Origin: Felis catus
Taxonomy: Eukaryota
Assembly (NCBI RefSeq): GCF_018350175.1
Contig: NC_058370.1
Coordinates: forward strand, 92,814,001 to 92,878,000
Length of the DNA stretch: 64,000 bases
Direction: 5' to 3'
Part shown: in pieces, positions 37,970-52,419 of the stretch
How positions within the stretch are numbered: position 1 is the first letter of the stretch
How the letters are laid out: every line of letters begins with the position of its first letter
Translations under genes and position numbers: made by a program
The notes under the pieces: model-generated
What the model saw: only the letters and a program-made list of their open reading frames with translations
What the model was told of the DNA's origin: nothing
Database searches by the model: none

Positions 37970-39046
37970 ATGGTTTTAAATATCATGTCTGATGATCCCC
38001 AAATGAATGACTCCCAACAATACCAGACTCATTCCTAACTCTCTCCTTATGTGTGTGTGTAAATTATATTGCATATATATGTGTGTGTGTATTATATTGC
38101 ATTTATTTATCAAAAATAAATATAGAGCTATTTTTATCTGCTTCCAGGACATCTCTACTGGGACATCTATCTTTTTCCTTACTTGGCCATATCAATTGTA
38201 TCTCTTTACTTCCAGTTGTTCATGCCCCAGACCTTAGCATGATTATCAACCGCTCATTCTTCTATACCCCACATCTTATACCTCAGCAAACCAAAATACT
38301 TTTTAAAGATCTCAAGAACCTGGGTCTCTTTGTACTTTCTCTACAGCAACTGGCCTAGTGGAAACCACCATTACTTTGGGCCTCGAATATTGCATTTTGC
38401 TCCTAGCCCAGAGCCTCTCTACTTCCACTATTGTACTTTCTCCCCAACTCTGCAGTACTTTTCCTCACAGAAGCCAGATTGAAAGATGTGAAACATAAGT
38501 CAGATTGATACTGTATCCTCTCTTCCAAAATTTCCAACAGCATACCACCTTAATGAGCGAAGTCCAACTTTCCTAGTATGCCCCAGCACATTTGAGATCT
38601 GTCCCTCCCTAGCCTCATCAGTCATCATTCCATTGGTCTTCTCACTATCTATCCCTCTAATACTGCAGAGCCTTAGTTACCATTTCCCCTTTGAAGATTT
38701 TCCCCTTAAGCCAAGTAGCTGTTCTTTCATTTACTTCAAATCTCTGCTCAGATTTCACCATATTAGAGAAGTCGGCCTAATCATCCCTTATAAAATAGTA
38801 CACCCTCCCCAACAATCCTGACTGATTTCTCTGTTAGTTTGCCTTTGTTTGTTTTTTCCATAGCACTTACCACCAGGCTATTATATATCCAGTTCATTGC
38901 TCATTTCCTTCTCCTTTCACTAGATTGCAAGGTCTGTGAACACACAGACTCAGTTTTGTTCACGTTGCCATATGCTACAGCAGAGACTGGAACAAAGTAG
39001 GAATTCAATATATTTGTTGAATGAATAAACGATTGAATAAGTGAAG
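37970..39046 (+). mobile_element. L2 LINE 3' fragment
   Basis: Pyrimidine-rich L2 body ending tcaatatatttgttgaatgaataaacgattgaat. Confidence 0.8.
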
Positions 39047-39573
39047 GACAAACTGACTCACTAAGCTCTGTTTGATCCTATTTTTGTTCCATTTCTTTTT
39101 TAACTGGTGTGCATATTGGGAGAAAGTTGATGATTCTTAAGTGTGTTTTATTGTCACATACTCAAGTGTTATTCCTTATTATGTGTTAAAGGGCTGCATT
39201 ACAACCTTCTTAAGTCTTACCTGTTTAACTATTTTAAAGTTTTCTGATTTAGAGTGTAGTGGGAGGGGACATTTTTTCCTGATTTATGAATAGTATTTGT
39301 TTAGAGTAATTATATTTCAATAATGATACGTTTGAAAATACTCATTCATTTTTCACCAATTTTGTCATATTGACTTTCTGGGAATTTATAATATACAAGG
39401 TTATTTTCTTGCTGGGCTCTAATTGCCTATTATACCATTGAACATGTTTCTACTAATTGTACTGGGACCACCTATTACACATTTTATGCTTAATAATATG
39501 TTCAAATTCCCAATAGAACAGCATACAAATGAAAAAGAAGAAATATCTTGAGACAATCACAATCTATGGTTAC

Positions 39574-39605
39574 CTGGTGTTTTTAAGTTGAAAAGTAACT
39601 GAAAG
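39574..39605 (-). CDS. Candidate micro-exon (32 nt, phase 2-1)
   Basis: Acceptor tatttctgttacag, donor CAG|gtaacc. Reads FQLLFNLKTP and joins in frame to the 34508 exon. Confidence 0.25.
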
Positions 39606-40105
39606 CTGTAACAGAAATAATGTCTTTTAGAAAGAAGGGCTTTAAATTTCAGCTACAATGAAAGAACAATAATTCCAAGGAANNNNNNNNNNNNNNNNNN
39701 NNNNNNNNNNNNNNNNNNNNNNNNNNNNNNNNNNNNNNNNNNNNNNNNNNNNNNNNNNNNNNNNNNNNNNNNNNNNNNNNNNNNNNNNNNNNNNNNNNNN
39801 NNNNNNNNNNNNNNNNNNNNNNAATGCCAAGTAAAGATTATAAAAAATATCTTTATTGAAGTCTAACAGCAATGAAAGACATTTTCCATTAGTAGTATAA
39901 TTAGCTCATAATTATGTAGGCAATAAATGCATAATTAGTTTTTTTATTCTTAATATATTAATATTGTATACAATATTGGCCATGGAAATGTAAATAATAT
40001 TGACAAATTAAATCACCATTTCCCTGTGTACTGAATATCAATTTAATTGAATGAACAGATCGTTTTAAAACATGGAATAAGTTTAAGAATTCTTCCACCA
40101 CAAAC

Positions 40106-40188
40106 CTACATAGAACTCTTGTTCCTTGTAGATCTGAAGATACATTACACTTTCCTATATTTGAGTAGGTGGGTGTGGAGGATAATAT
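40106..40188 (-). CDS. Weak candidate exon (83 nt, phase 0-2)
   Basis: Weak acceptor gcctag, donor AG|gtttgt. Reads ILSSTPTYSNIGKCNVSSDLQGTRVLC. Phase-compatible with neighbours. Confidence 0.15.
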
Positions 40189-40531
40189 CTAGGCTATGCA
40201 AATCAACATTAGAGATAGGGCTTATAATCCTTTTCATTTGCTCCTCAGTTCATTTCAAATATTAACAGGGCTCTTTAGTTGTATACTATAAGCTGGCTTA
40301 TTGTTTGTCTCCCAAAATGTAATAATGTCTCATTAAGTAAATAAAAACCTCCCCCTAAAAATAACCAACTTATAAAGTATGAGATGGATTTCTTAAATGT
40401 TAAACAAAGACTTACACTACAAATATTCAGATCATCACAGTTTTATATTTTCCTTACTTTGGGGGCAGTAGCAAGGACCAGCATGCCTGAGGTTGAAACT
40501 GTAACACAATCAATATTTCAAGATTATTTTA

Positions 40532-40753
40532 TTATTTTTCTTAATTTTTAAAATCTTTATTTATATTTGAGAAAGAGAGAGACAGAGTGTGAGCAGAGGA
40601 GGGGCAGAGAGAGAGGGCAACACAGAATCCGAAGCAGATTCCAGGCTCTGGCTGTCAGCACAGAGCCTGAAACAGGGCTCAAACCCACGAAACGCGAGTT
40701 CATGACTGAAGCCAAAGTTGGACGCTCAACCGACTAAGCCACCCAGGCGCCCC
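40532..40753 (-). mobile_element. SINEC_Fc
   Basis: Full body; TSD agattatttt. Confidence 0.92.
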
Positions 40754-40986
40754 TCGAGATTATTTTAAAATAGAAAGTATGCTTACTGTACTTTTGTTAG
40801 TGATAATTAAAAACTGGAAAGAATGAAAGTGTCCTATTATAGCAAATAGTTATATGTTATTATTATATATCCTATTGTGGTATATTATAAAACTTTTAAA
40901 GTAAGGATTTCAAGGCATTTTTAAAATTTGGGAAAATGTTCACTATGAAATTTTTCCGAGTATATTAAAAAAAATTAAACAAAGAG

Positions 40987-41208
40987 AGGCACCTGGGTGG
41001 GTTAGTCATTAAGCATCTGACTCTTGATTGCAGCTCAGGTCATGATGTCACAGTTTGTGGGATCAAGTGCCCTATTGGACTCTGGACTGACAGCAAGGAA
41101 CCTGAGTGGGATTTTCTCTCTCTTCTCTTTTTTCCCCTCCCCTGACTGTTTACTCCCTCTCTCTCTCTTTTCTCTCAAAATAAATAAATACACTTAAAAA
41201 AATAAATA
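40987..41208 (+). mobile_element. CanSINE (older subfamily)
   Basis: ggcacctgggtgg...gactcttgattgcagctcaggtcatgat, CT tract, tail. Confidence 0.9.
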
Positions 41209-41214
41209 AAACAC

Positions 41215-44200
41215 AGAAAATATATGTAGAGCTTAATGAAATATTATGAAGTGACCATCCTTGTAATGGTAACCCAGGTCAAGAACTTTGCCAGTCCCCA
41301 GAAGTCTTGTCCAAGACTTCACAATTCAGTCACAACTCCCTCCTTCCCTGAAAACTTGAGTGCTCTCCTGACAGTCATAGCAATTGCTTTCTTTATGAGT
41401 TTTTCTAGTTCTAATATCAAAGAATACTTCCCTAGACACCAAAGTTTAATCTTGTTAAATTTTTAAAAATGTGATGTGTCTTTTAATTCACTGTTTAAAT
41501 CTGAAGATCCTCACGTTATCTTGTACTTTTCTCGGGCATTTGGGTCTCCCACAATCTAGATCTTGCTGATTTCATAATTATGGGGCCGTTCAACATTCGT
41601 CTTCTGTTCTTCCTGAGAATGGGCAGCTGAATCCAGAGACTTGATTAAACTTAGTTTTTAATCACTGTCAAGGCTACAGATGATGCTTTCTTTCTTCAAG
41701 AAGTGTATTATGTCTGCTTGCTTGACGATGTTCAAACTGCTGATATTCAATGCCTGGAATCATTAATTTTTTGAGTGTTGCAAAATGGTGACATTCTAAA
41801 TCTAACTTTCTTTATGAGTTGGAATAATTCTGTAAATAAAAGTTTTTATTCTTCTACTTTTATTCTTCTACTATTCTTCTACTATACCAAGTGTTATAGT
41901 TCATATAGTAAAGGTAAGATAAAGACAGTTTTTCCCCCATTATTCATTATTTAAAAAAAAATCAGTTCCTTTTTTCCTCCAAAGGTGACTATGCTTTTTC
42001 TTCTTTTTTTTTCTTTTTAGTAAACTTTTTATCTTGAGGTAATTGTAGATTCATATGCAGTTTTAAGAAACAATACAAAGAAGCTCCAGGTATGCTTATG
42101 CAGTTTTTCCCAATGGCATCATCTTGCAAAACTACAATGCAATATTACAAGCAGTTTATTCATACCCATAGAGTCAAGGTATGAAACATGTCCATCACCC
42201 CAAGAGTCCTTCTTGTTTCACTTTTAAAGTCCCGGTCACTTCTCTTACACTTCCAGCCTCTCTATAAACTCAATGATCAATCTGTTCATCATTTCTATAA
42301 TTTGTCGTTTCAAGAATTTCATAAAAATGTAATCACACAATAAATAATCTTTTGGAATTGACCTTTTCCATTCAGCATAATTCTCTGGACATAGCAGTTG
42401 TTTTGTGCATCAATAGTCCATTTCCTTTTATTTCTGAATAGTATTCCACATTATGGATGTACAATTTAACACTTTACGTGTTGAAGAACGTCTGAGTTGA
42501 TTCCAGTTTTTAGGTATTACTAAGTTGTTACATAAAAAAATATTCCCCAACTACTAAATATGTATAAGCCAGTCTTATAAGATCAAAGTGCATCTTTTAT
42601 TACTTTTATAGCATTTCAGAATTTTAATGAATATTAGGTATTAAATTTCATATCCTATTAGTGGAAAAAAACAATATACTATATTTTTAAAATTAAACTT
42701 ATTTTGAGATAATTGTAGATTCACACGCAGTTGTAACAAATAATAACAGACATCTAGTGTACTATTTTTCCAGCTCCCTCCAGTGGTATATTTGAATAAG
42801 GACATGAAAAGAATGTGTACAGGTTTTATGTAACATACATCTTTATTTTTCTGGATAAAACCCTAAAAGTACAATTGGTGGGTTGTATGGTAGTTTCATA
42901 TAGATTTTTGAGAAATGCCAAACTGTTTTCTGGCATGGTTGTATCATTTTACATTACTATCCGTTGTGTGAGAGATTCAGTGTCTCCATATCCTCACCAC
43001 CATTTTGTGTTGTCACTAATTGTAATTTAAGCATTCTTAAAAGTATGAAGAAACATTTCATTGGGATTTTAGTTTGCATTTTACTAATAGCTGATCATAT
43101 TGAACATATTTCATGTGCTTATTTGTAATCTGTGTGTCTTTTGTGGTGAAACGTCTCCTAATGTTTTGCTAATGATCTAATTGGATTCTTTGCTCTTTTA
43201 CTGTTAGTTTTAAGAGTTCTTTATATATTCTAGATACTAGTCCTTTGTCAGATATATGGTATGAATATTTTCTCTCCTATTCTGTAGCTTGTTCTATCAT
43301 ACCCTTAATAAGGCACTTTACAGGCAAAGGTTTAATTATCCTAAGGTCTAATTTGTTATTTTTTTCCTTTTATAGATCATGTTTTTGTGTCAAGTCAAAG
43401 AATTTTTTGTGTAGAGTTCTTTTCAAAGGACCCTTTCATTGTTTTTTCATTTTTTTTTCTGTCTTCAACTTTATTGATTTCTGTTTCTATTTATTTTCTT
43501 TTATTTTTCCTTTTGGCACAAAAGGGCACAGTTTATTGCACAGAAATTATTCTTCAATAAAGATAAAAAAATTCAAAAGGAGTCACTCAACTTCTACCTC
43601 TTGTTCTTTGTCTATAAGGAAAGAGCAACACTGACTGTAGTTTCAAAATATATATGAGTTCTTGCAAGATAGGACTCCAACACTTCTCTGTTTTCTCTGT
43701 GTACAACTAAATCTTTAGTAGGCCATTATATTGTTCCATCAGGAAAGTTGAGACCATGGGCATGAGTCCAATGATGCTCTTCTTTCGGTATGAAATGTAA
43801 TCCTTTTTTATACACACACACACAAAATACAAAAACATTTGTTACAATTGGTGAATTTACACATAACATTGACAAACAGTGATCATCCAAAGTCCATAGT
43901 TGTACATTCAATGAGTTTGAACAAATGTAAACAACACACCCATTGTTATAGTATTATACAGATTTTTTTTCCTGTCCTAAAAATTCTCTCTGTTCTGATT
44001 ATTTATCACTTTGCACAATTCCTTGCAGCGACCACTAATCTTTTATTGTCTCCATAGTTTTGCCTTTTCCAGAATCTTTTCCAGAATGTTGGAATCATAC
44101 AGCATGTAGCTTTTTAAGATTAGCTTCTTTCACTTATTAATATTCATTTAAGATTCCTCCATGTCTTTTCATGGTTTAATAGCTTATGTATTCTTAGCAC

Positions 44201-46235
44201 TAAATAGTATTTCACTGTCTAGATATACCACATTTTATTTATCCATTCACCTACCAAAGGACATCTTTGTTGCTTCCAAGTGTTGTTGATTATTAGTCGA
44301 GCTAATCACTACCACAATGTGGTGGTGAAAGTCCTAACTCTCCCCTGGTCTCTTCTGATACCATGCCAGCTGGGAGGGAGAAAGAAACATAATTACTGTT
44401 GGGTAAGAGGGTAAGTCCATGTTGCCTACATGATCTCCATTGCCACTGTGGTCTAGAGGGCCTGTTACCTGCTGACAGTCAAGTCCTGGCTCCGTACTTT
44501 ACTTTCTTTGACACTACCCTGCTGGGGCTGTTGAGGTTTCATTACAGGTGCAAGAAGACAGAAGTCTAACCTCCCCACTCACTGTTTCTGCAATGGGTGG
44601 GAGTAGGGCCATGTTTTTTTTTTCTGTGGTTGGATGCCATAGAGCATTTATCTTCTATAGGTTTTAGGTTTTCCTAAATTATCTCTTTCCTGGTCCCATG
44701 GCTAGAAAGAGCTGATTTTACTGGGGCTTTTATTTATTTATTTATTTATTTATTTTTTGTGTATATAGCATTTCTGAGTTACCAGCTTCTTCACCTTCAA
44801 GTTTGGGATATAAGAGACAAAAAGAAACTCAGGAAACTCATCACCGTATTGTTCCTTGAATCCAAATTCCCTACCTGGTGTGCTTTCTTCCTTCCAGTTT
44901 CCAAAGTCTTCTTACATTTATTTTACAGATAATGTCCATTATTTTTAGTTGTAATTAATAGAAAGGAATAGAACTATTCCATTTTCTTAGAAGTCTCTTT
45001 TTTAAAGCTATACTATGATTGATTTAACGATGTTTGATGGATTTCAATCAGTTGCATTTTTTATCTTTAATGAAGTTCAAATGGTTTCAATTTCAATTAT
45101 TAGGAGACTTGTTAAGTGTATACTGACTTATTTTAACATGACTTTAAAAGTTTGCTAGATCTGTGCCATTTGGTATAATTATACTCTCTCTCTCTTTTAG
45201 TCTTAAATCTATTAATAACTGTATTTCATGTTCACCACAAGTTTTATGTCAATTTTTCTCAAATAATTTGATCATTTGATGCTTACTCTCTATTAGATTT
45301 TTCAAAAAAAGTTTTATTGGAACAATATTTTCCAGGTTCTTGCATGTTGATAACATTTAACAATGTTCTTTATCATTGAATGTCAAGATAGGTAAATACA
45401 AAACTCTTAGCTCACATTTTCTTCTATCACCTTAAGTATGTATAGCTTTTCTCAGAGAATATAACATTGTTTTTGAAATTTTTTATGATAATCAATTTTT
45501 TCCTTAAGTTCATTTTCTTTTTCTCTCTGCATAGTGATTTTCTTCTTTTATCCTTTATTTTTTCCTTTCCTTTTATCCTTTAGAGTCTAGTGATTTTAAT
45601 ATAATTCTTTTGGTGTTTGTTGTTTTGAGTTATTAACCTTAGGCACATGATGTACTTTTTTATTTTGTGTGCTATTATTCATACATTGGATTTATCCTTT
45701 CCTCTCTTCAGTATTTGCCTCTTTATTTTAAATATCTTAATTTTTTTTATCTTCTCTTGAAAATTAAACATTTTAATTTCTTTTTATCTTGCATTTCTCT
45801 TAATGCATTATTTGTTGGATTTATTTGCTTTTGTGGCCCTCCTATATTTATGAAGTGATTTTTTTTTGTTTTGAACTCTAATGCTTTTCTGAGTATCGTC
45901 CAATTTCTTTTGTTTTTTCTAACTCTGACTTATAGTGTTATTTCATGTTGTGTGTGTGTGTGTGTGTCAAGTTTATCTCTTTTACTTGTTTATTTTTGAG
46001 GAAAGTAGTCACATGATGTTACATTTGTTTCAGGTATATCCCATAGTAATAACGTATACTATTAACGTAACATAGTAATAACAACCGCACATTACTATGC
46101 TCACCATACTTGGAACTACCACTTGTTATCATGCAATGCTATTACAATACCACTGACTATTTTCTCTATGCTGTCCTTTTTATTCCTGTGACTCATTCAT
46201 TCTGTATGTAACTGGAAGTTGGAATCTCCCACTCT
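41215..46235 (-). mobile_element. Mosaic of nested old L1 fragments (L1MC/L1MD/L1MA-type 3' ends and ORF2 pieces)
   Basis: Repeated 3' ends (ttgaggtaattgtagattcatatgcag at ~42035; ttgagataattgtagattcacacgcag at ~42703), ORF2 antisense text at 42815-43400, further 3' regions at 43835-44290 and 45990-46230. Confidence 0.8.
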
Positions 46236-46849
46236 TGTATATTTTCATCTTAATGTTTGACTCATTTGGAACAGGAGGCTGTAGTATTATATGGTTTTGT
46301 GGGCTGATCTGTTATGTGGCGATTTGGGAAGATTCTTCAGCTTTTAAGAGGGAAAAGTGGTCAGGATATTTTTTCCTAACTTACTACTATTCTCTCCTCT
46401 GTTACTTTTCAGTAGCATTCAAGAATATGGCAGTTCACTTTCTGAGCTTTCCTGGCTCTCCTCTAACCTCACTTTTATTTGAAACTCCCTTTTCTTCATT
46501 TCTATTTTCCTTGTCCTGCTCAATTATCCCTCTCTTACATAACCAATTTCACCAAGGGAAAAAAGAGAAAATAAGATTAGCATAGGGATCATTCCAATCC
46601 TAACAGGTCTTTTCCTAAGAGAGGAATTATCTGTGAGATGAGGGCAAATGTGGGGTAGGGTTTCAGTGGGTGTGGAAGAGATGGTGAATTTTTTTTTTTT
46701 TTTACAAAATATGGAAAAACCCAGCATTATCAGAATTAGTATGTTACCTTATACATTTGTGGAAATAAAAATCTCACAATAAGAATATTTCACACAGTAA
46801 TTTAAATATATTTTAACACATCAAAATTCAAAGCTGCAGGAATCAAAAA

Positions 46850-48240
46850 AAAACACACTGAAGTATGAACCAAGAAAGGAGAATGAGACTGTATGGATTA
46901 TCTTGCGGGCTAACTGTAGAAAAAGAATTTCAATTTCCTCAATATTTCACAATGGAGGTGAACAACACTGCATATATTATGCATGGTTCAGGGTTATAAT
47001 AAATTGAAGGAAAGGGGTTTTTGTCAAAGAGCAAGACAGTAAAGGATTAGGAACCACTTCACAGTGAATGTGAGGTGAAATTAACAGAAAGCAGAGACTA
47101 GTCTAAAAAAATCAACTCCAATTTTGGTATGTTTTTTCCAGAATGCAAAATTGTTTGCAGTTTTGAAAGGTTGAAAGCACCAAACTAAAAAGGAATTCAT
47201 AGCTTAATATATGAAGGGGTAGTAAATTGGCACCTAAACATTCATGAGTTTTATATATATTCAATAATTTTAAAGGAATTTGCTGATTTAAAAAAAAAAA
47301 ACTTCTCTTCCAGAAATTTTAAAGTAGGTTAAATATTAGAAAACTGTAGATAAAAAATAATTTTTAAATGATTAAAAGTATAAATACTGGAACCAAGCAG
47401 AATATCTAGCAAAAGTTTAAATTGCATTATAAAATTGAATATCTCTCAAACTGGTAAAAAGTGCAAAGATTGAACAAGTGGGTAGACATTTGGTTAAAAT
47501 AAGATAAGTAAATATGAATAATTTATTCTTCTGATGAGATTACTAGATTGATATACCCTACCAAAAATGCCAAGTACACCGTGTCTTGATTTTATCTAAG
47601 TATGACAATGTCTGATATGTTAATTTCCTGGAAATAGGTGTATACCTTGTGGAAATGGTAGTGCACAGCTGGTTCAAGAATTATATACAGCTGGAGTTGA
47701 TTAATAACTTTGCAGCACTTTAAAGGGAGGCATTGGGTGTCTCTTTATTAACGATTTCAAAGAAATTATAGAAGGAAAGTTTATCAGATTTTCAGTTGAT
47801 AGAAGGTAAAATGATAGGACAGTTCACATAACTAACTCACATACAAGCATACTAATGTGCTTTTCCATAAACAGGAAAATACAAATTAATAGTATAAACA
47901 TTAAATTTCAAAACAGCATGAATAGAGAATAGGAGAGACCTAGCAGCCAGTAGAGGTTTTAGGTGAGCAAGAACTTGATAAGAATCAATATTATGATCCA
48001 GATTTTAAAACTATCGATAGTGTCCAGTAATGAGAGAGAGGCAGCACCATAGACTCCACTGGCTAGACACATTCTGGGATGTTATGTTTAGATTAGGGAT
48101 ATGTCAAAAGAGGGACTACAAAAGCTAATATGTACCAAAAGAAAACAACCAAAATAGTGAGATTCTGAATATCATGCAATACAAGAAATGGTTGGCAGAA
48201 TACCTTGGTGCTATTTAACGCATCTGGATATAGCAGCTGG
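46850..48240 (+). mobile_element. CR1/L3 LINE reverse-transcriptase region
   Basis: ~47745 translates FINDFKEIIEGKFIRFSVD (cf. CR1 FINDLDEGIECTLSKFADD), followed by CR1-like 3' ORF text. Confidence 0.7.
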
Positions 48241-48259
48241 TATATGCTATGGTCCAGAA

Positions 48260-48465
48260 CAGAGGTTGGCAAACACACCCACGGGCTCAATCCAACTGTT
48301 TTGTAAAGTTTTCTTGAAATACAGTCATTCCTGTTTGTTTATGTATTATCTGTAGCTGCTATTGCATTACAATGGTAGAGTTCAGTTACTACTGGGACCA
48401 CATGACCACATAGCCTAAAACATTTACTTTCTGGTCTTTCACAGAAAATTATTTGCCAACTCTTT
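48260..48465 (+). mobile_element. MER58A (hAT-Charlie)
   Basis: TIRs cagaggttggcaaa / tttgccaactct; internal cacatagcctaaaacatttactttctgg. Confidence 0.85.
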
Positions 48466-50255
48466 GGGTAGGAAAAAAAAAGTATAATGGGATACAAGAT
48501 TGCTGTATTCAAATATGTATGTTTGAGGACTATCTTTATATGTAAAAATGTATTCATTTACTTCAAAAACCACACATGATGGATATACCTGCTAGGTATC
48601 AGAATGCTGATCAATACTGTGATTCCTCTGTGGTCTCTATGGGAGAGAGGATCTGTTTGCTATGAATACAAGATGAATGAGCCAGGTAGAAACTCTGCTT
48701 TCACAGAGTTAACATCCTGACAGGGGACACCTATTATTAAATAAATAATTACGTAATCAAGCACAATTTTGGTAAGTTCTATTACGGCAAAATAGAAAGT
48801 GCTAAAACAAGCATGCATTTCATTTATTCAAAGGTATCTTTTTCTGCTTACATTTTTAACATCTCTGAAATAGAAATACATATTTCAGACAATTCTGTCA
48901 CCCTATAAAATGGTATATAAATGGGGGAGTTGTAGATTGGTTGGGAAATGATAACTGGGAAGTTTATCTGTAAAAGTAGTATTTAAGCTGAACAAATAAG
49001 ATTTTCATTACCCAGGAGGCCAAAGCAGAATGACAGTGGATTTAGGCAGAGTTAGAATTAGCTGAGGAATTGTATCAAAACTATGATGATTAGTGGTTGT
49101 TGATTTATATTTTCCTCTTTGTCTTATCTTGACACACTCAGGGGAAAGATGCATGGCAGTGATGCCTAAGACTGTTGACTTTACACTCTATAGGACCAAA
49201 CTCTAGTAAAAATTATAATTACACATATAAAGGATGTTATCAATTGTCAGAGTTAAATTAATGTTAGCAATTAATTTTTAAGTAGATAGTTTTTATGTAG
49301 AAGATGGTTTATCTAAAAACACCCAAAGAACTTTTAAGCAAATGAAACAGTAATGATATTTAACCCTTCTATAGCAGTTACTGTGTCAAGACCTGTTACA
49401 AGTGTTTAAGAGATACGCTTTTTAGGTGGCTTGCTCACGACTACCTGAAGTGAGTGGTGGGTCTGAGGTGTAAACCTAAGTTGTCTGACAAGAAGTTACA
49501 CTCTTCAGCGCTCTGTTGTACTGCCTTTCAAACAGGAACTATTCACAAATGAAATGAGCTAGTCCCAGATCCCATGGCTGTCAATAATTAAGTAGAGTAT
49601 GAACTTTATCTTCCAGAATTATCTTAGACAAGATCTTTTCATTGAGTAGTTTGATTTTATGAACCATGGTGATCAACTCTAAGACATTATCATTCTATAA
49701 GGGGTAGTCCTTTTTCATTGTCACACATTGAAAACTGTAACTAGTGAACGTCTCCTCTTATTTTGTTACAGCTGCATTCTTTCTCTGATGTGCTTTAGTA
49801 TACTTTTTTTTTTTTTGGTTTTGTGTTAAATCAACCTGTACTGTTTTTAAAGCAAACAGATTCTACATAGTGCTTAGAAAAACGACCGACTATCTCCCAT
49901 TTTCATGCTGTGTTCTATAAATTATCATGAAGACAGTTAGGATATTTTATGGTTCCATTAACTATCACTTTTACTTTTAATTGTTTGCCTGGCATTTAGT
50001 GGTTCTGCCAAATTTTAAAATTATCTCAGGGTTCCTGGACAATTATATTTGAGAGTTTCAGAGTACCCAGGTGCTCTGATTTAGGGAAAAGATAATGTGA
50101 AATATGCCAAGCATATTAACAATTTACCTTCCCTAACAATGTGGTATTAGATACTACAGAACAAGAAACCAAGGATATATACATACCTCAGGAACTTCTA
50201 CAAAGATTGCGACATACATATATACTTGTGTATATACACATACATATGTGTATAA

Positions 50256-50256
<1 letters not shown>

Positions 50257-50286
<30 letters not shown>
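50257..50286. repeat. (TG)n microsatellite
   Basis: Directly visible. Confidence 0.95.
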
Positions 50287-50287
<1 letters not shown>

Positions 50288-50352
50288 ATCTGCGTGTGTG
50301 ATTGTGTCTCTTCCCATTGAGGAGGAGGGGAGAAAGTGGGACTGCTACTAAC

Positions 50353-50442
50353 TTTATCAGTGCTATAAATTCTAAGGATATCAGTATTTTCCACATCCAA
50401 CCATAAGTCCAAGGCATTTCTCAAAGTTAATTTTGGAGTTAT
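50353..50442 (-). CDS. Candidate exon (90 nt, phase 0-0) with an RGS-like LDLWLDVE motif
   Basis: Acceptor ttttttaaaag, donor gttagt. Reads ITPKLTLRNALDLWLDVENTDILRIYSTDK (cf. RGSL1 LLDLWQDLQ as recalled). Confidence 0.3.
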
Positions 50443-51052
50443 CTTTTAAAAAATTTCATATGTCACTACTCCTTTTCATTATTATGGATGATTGAGAGTT
50501 GACTATATTAGAAAAGGGCCATGTGCTCTGAGTTCTTTCTTCTATTACGACTGAAGCAGTGCTTTCCTAGTAGTCTGAATAAGTCTGAAAGTAAATGATC
50601 ACCAAGCGTTTTATTATTGAGTTTCTATATCATTATGCTCATATACATTTTCTAAGGCTGTTTATACCTTGCAATATTTGCTTACTATGCTATTGTTTTT
50701 AAAACCTGTCTATTTTAAATTTTTAAGCACAATTTTGACCCTTCTGTAACTTCCCAAAATTATATTTTGTTTTCCTACAGATACTTCACCTTTCCTTTAT
50801 GTATAATGCTTTAAGAAAATACTGCCTTGTAAAATAAACATGATTTTTTCTTTTGTACCAGCAAAAAATCCCACAAAACCACAAAAACACATATTTACAT
50901 GTGTAAATGTAAGTTAATCCCCATGTCATTTCCTGTCTCTTCCATAAGCCCCAGAATCATATGGAAATATTAAAAAAGAATGTTAAACTAGAATATTAAA
51001 CTAATAAAATACACCACAAACCTTACTATCTCTTACTCAAAAAGTATTTTTA

Positions 51053-51248
51053 TCTATTTTTTTTATGGTTTATTTTATTATTTACTTTTAGAGAAAGACA
51101 GCACCAGGGCATTCACCCGCAGAGGAGGGACAGAGAGAGAGAGAGGGAGAGAGAGAATCCCAAGCAGGCCCACAGGGGGGCTTGATCCCAGGAAACGTGA
51201 GAAAATCAAGAGTTGGTCTCTCAACCAACTGAGTCATGCAGGCACCCC
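51053..51248 (-). mobile_element. CanSINE (older, internally deleted)
   Basis: gagaatcccaagcagg...ggcacccc; TSD ctcaaaaagtat. Confidence 0.88.
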
Positions 51249-52419
51249 TCAAAAAGTATGAAAATCTTAAAGTGTCCCATAATACTCATGAAGGTAATAC
51301 ATAGATACAAGCTGGTCCATTAGGTTAGTAATGTGAGAAATTACCTTCCATTTGTAATTAAAAACAGTAACAATATGTACTAATAAAATTTACACCAGAA
51401 TATGACTTCCAAATTACACAGAAAGAAATGAAGAAAGAAAGAAAGAAAAAAGAGAAGAAAATAAAAAGAAGGAAAGAAAGAAAGAAAAATAAAGGAAGAA
51501 AAATAGTGCCCACAAAAAAGACATAGGCCATAAAAATGGTATAGTCTCAAGATGAAATACAAGGTACAAATTAGAAATCCCTTTGACAAAATGAACTACT
51601 AACCTAAGAAAATGTTCTTGATTTAATTTTAGGTAATAGAAATAGATAATTAGTATATATGGTAGGAAACCTGAATATTTAAGAAAAAATAAATATGAAC
51701 ATAGAGAAGAAATACTCAGATTACATATATAAATCATTAGGGGAATTTTCAAAGTTTTAAACTTATTCTTTGTGCCTTTGTGTCTTTCCACATTGTGTGT
51801 GTGTGTGAGTGTGTACACATATTCATATGTATATAAAACGAATGAATGAACATACGTATATATTCTGTACAAGCCCTAATCACATTTTGGGAAAACATGA
51901 ATAGTGTTACTAGTGTTTTATCCTGACAGCTTTTCTTTAAATGTAAATGTTAAAATTAACTATTTTTTTAAATAGTTATTTTGAAAGAAAACCAACCCTA
52001 TTTGAACAAAAGTAAATAATGTTAAAACAGCAGCTAATGAAGAGGTATGATTATAATATACAAGATGTTCTTGGAGGCTTTTCATAAAACATTAGGCTTA
52101 TTTGTCATTTTGCCCATCATATGATTAGATAACAAACACTAATCAGGTTTATATCCATACCACATCAATCAATGGAGATTCATTCCCTCATGAAGAATAC
52201 CCTTTGAATGTATTTACCTTATATGTCAGTTTCAGGCCAAAATCTGATCTGTTTCATTTACTATTTTATTTCCAAAATTTTGTCCTATGCATGACACAAA
52301 TGAGGCTTTCAATAAATGTATTCAATTAAATAAATTAATAAGAGGTTTCAAGTTAAGAGATTAAGTATATAATCAAGGCATAACTGATATGTTAATAAAT
52401 TATATGGTCTCTCAAAACT

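Larger units (their letters stand above)
2539..39822. other. Seven N gaps: 2539-2881, 3123-3335, 11928-12059, 19781-19912, 22867-23088, 26325-26504, 39683-39822
   Basis: Runs of N, 132-343 nt long. Confidence 0.97.

Noticed and set aside
2539-39822. N blocks as deliberately masked exons
   Set aside because: Their boundaries do not consistently show AG/GT on either strand, and one lies inside an L1. They behave like assembly gaps.
2501-39872. Long ORF-track entries containing X
   Set aside because: Artefacts of translating N gaps.
51380-51872. 152-aa hydrophobic ORF
   Set aside because: Low-complexity (GAAA)n and (TG)n sequence.
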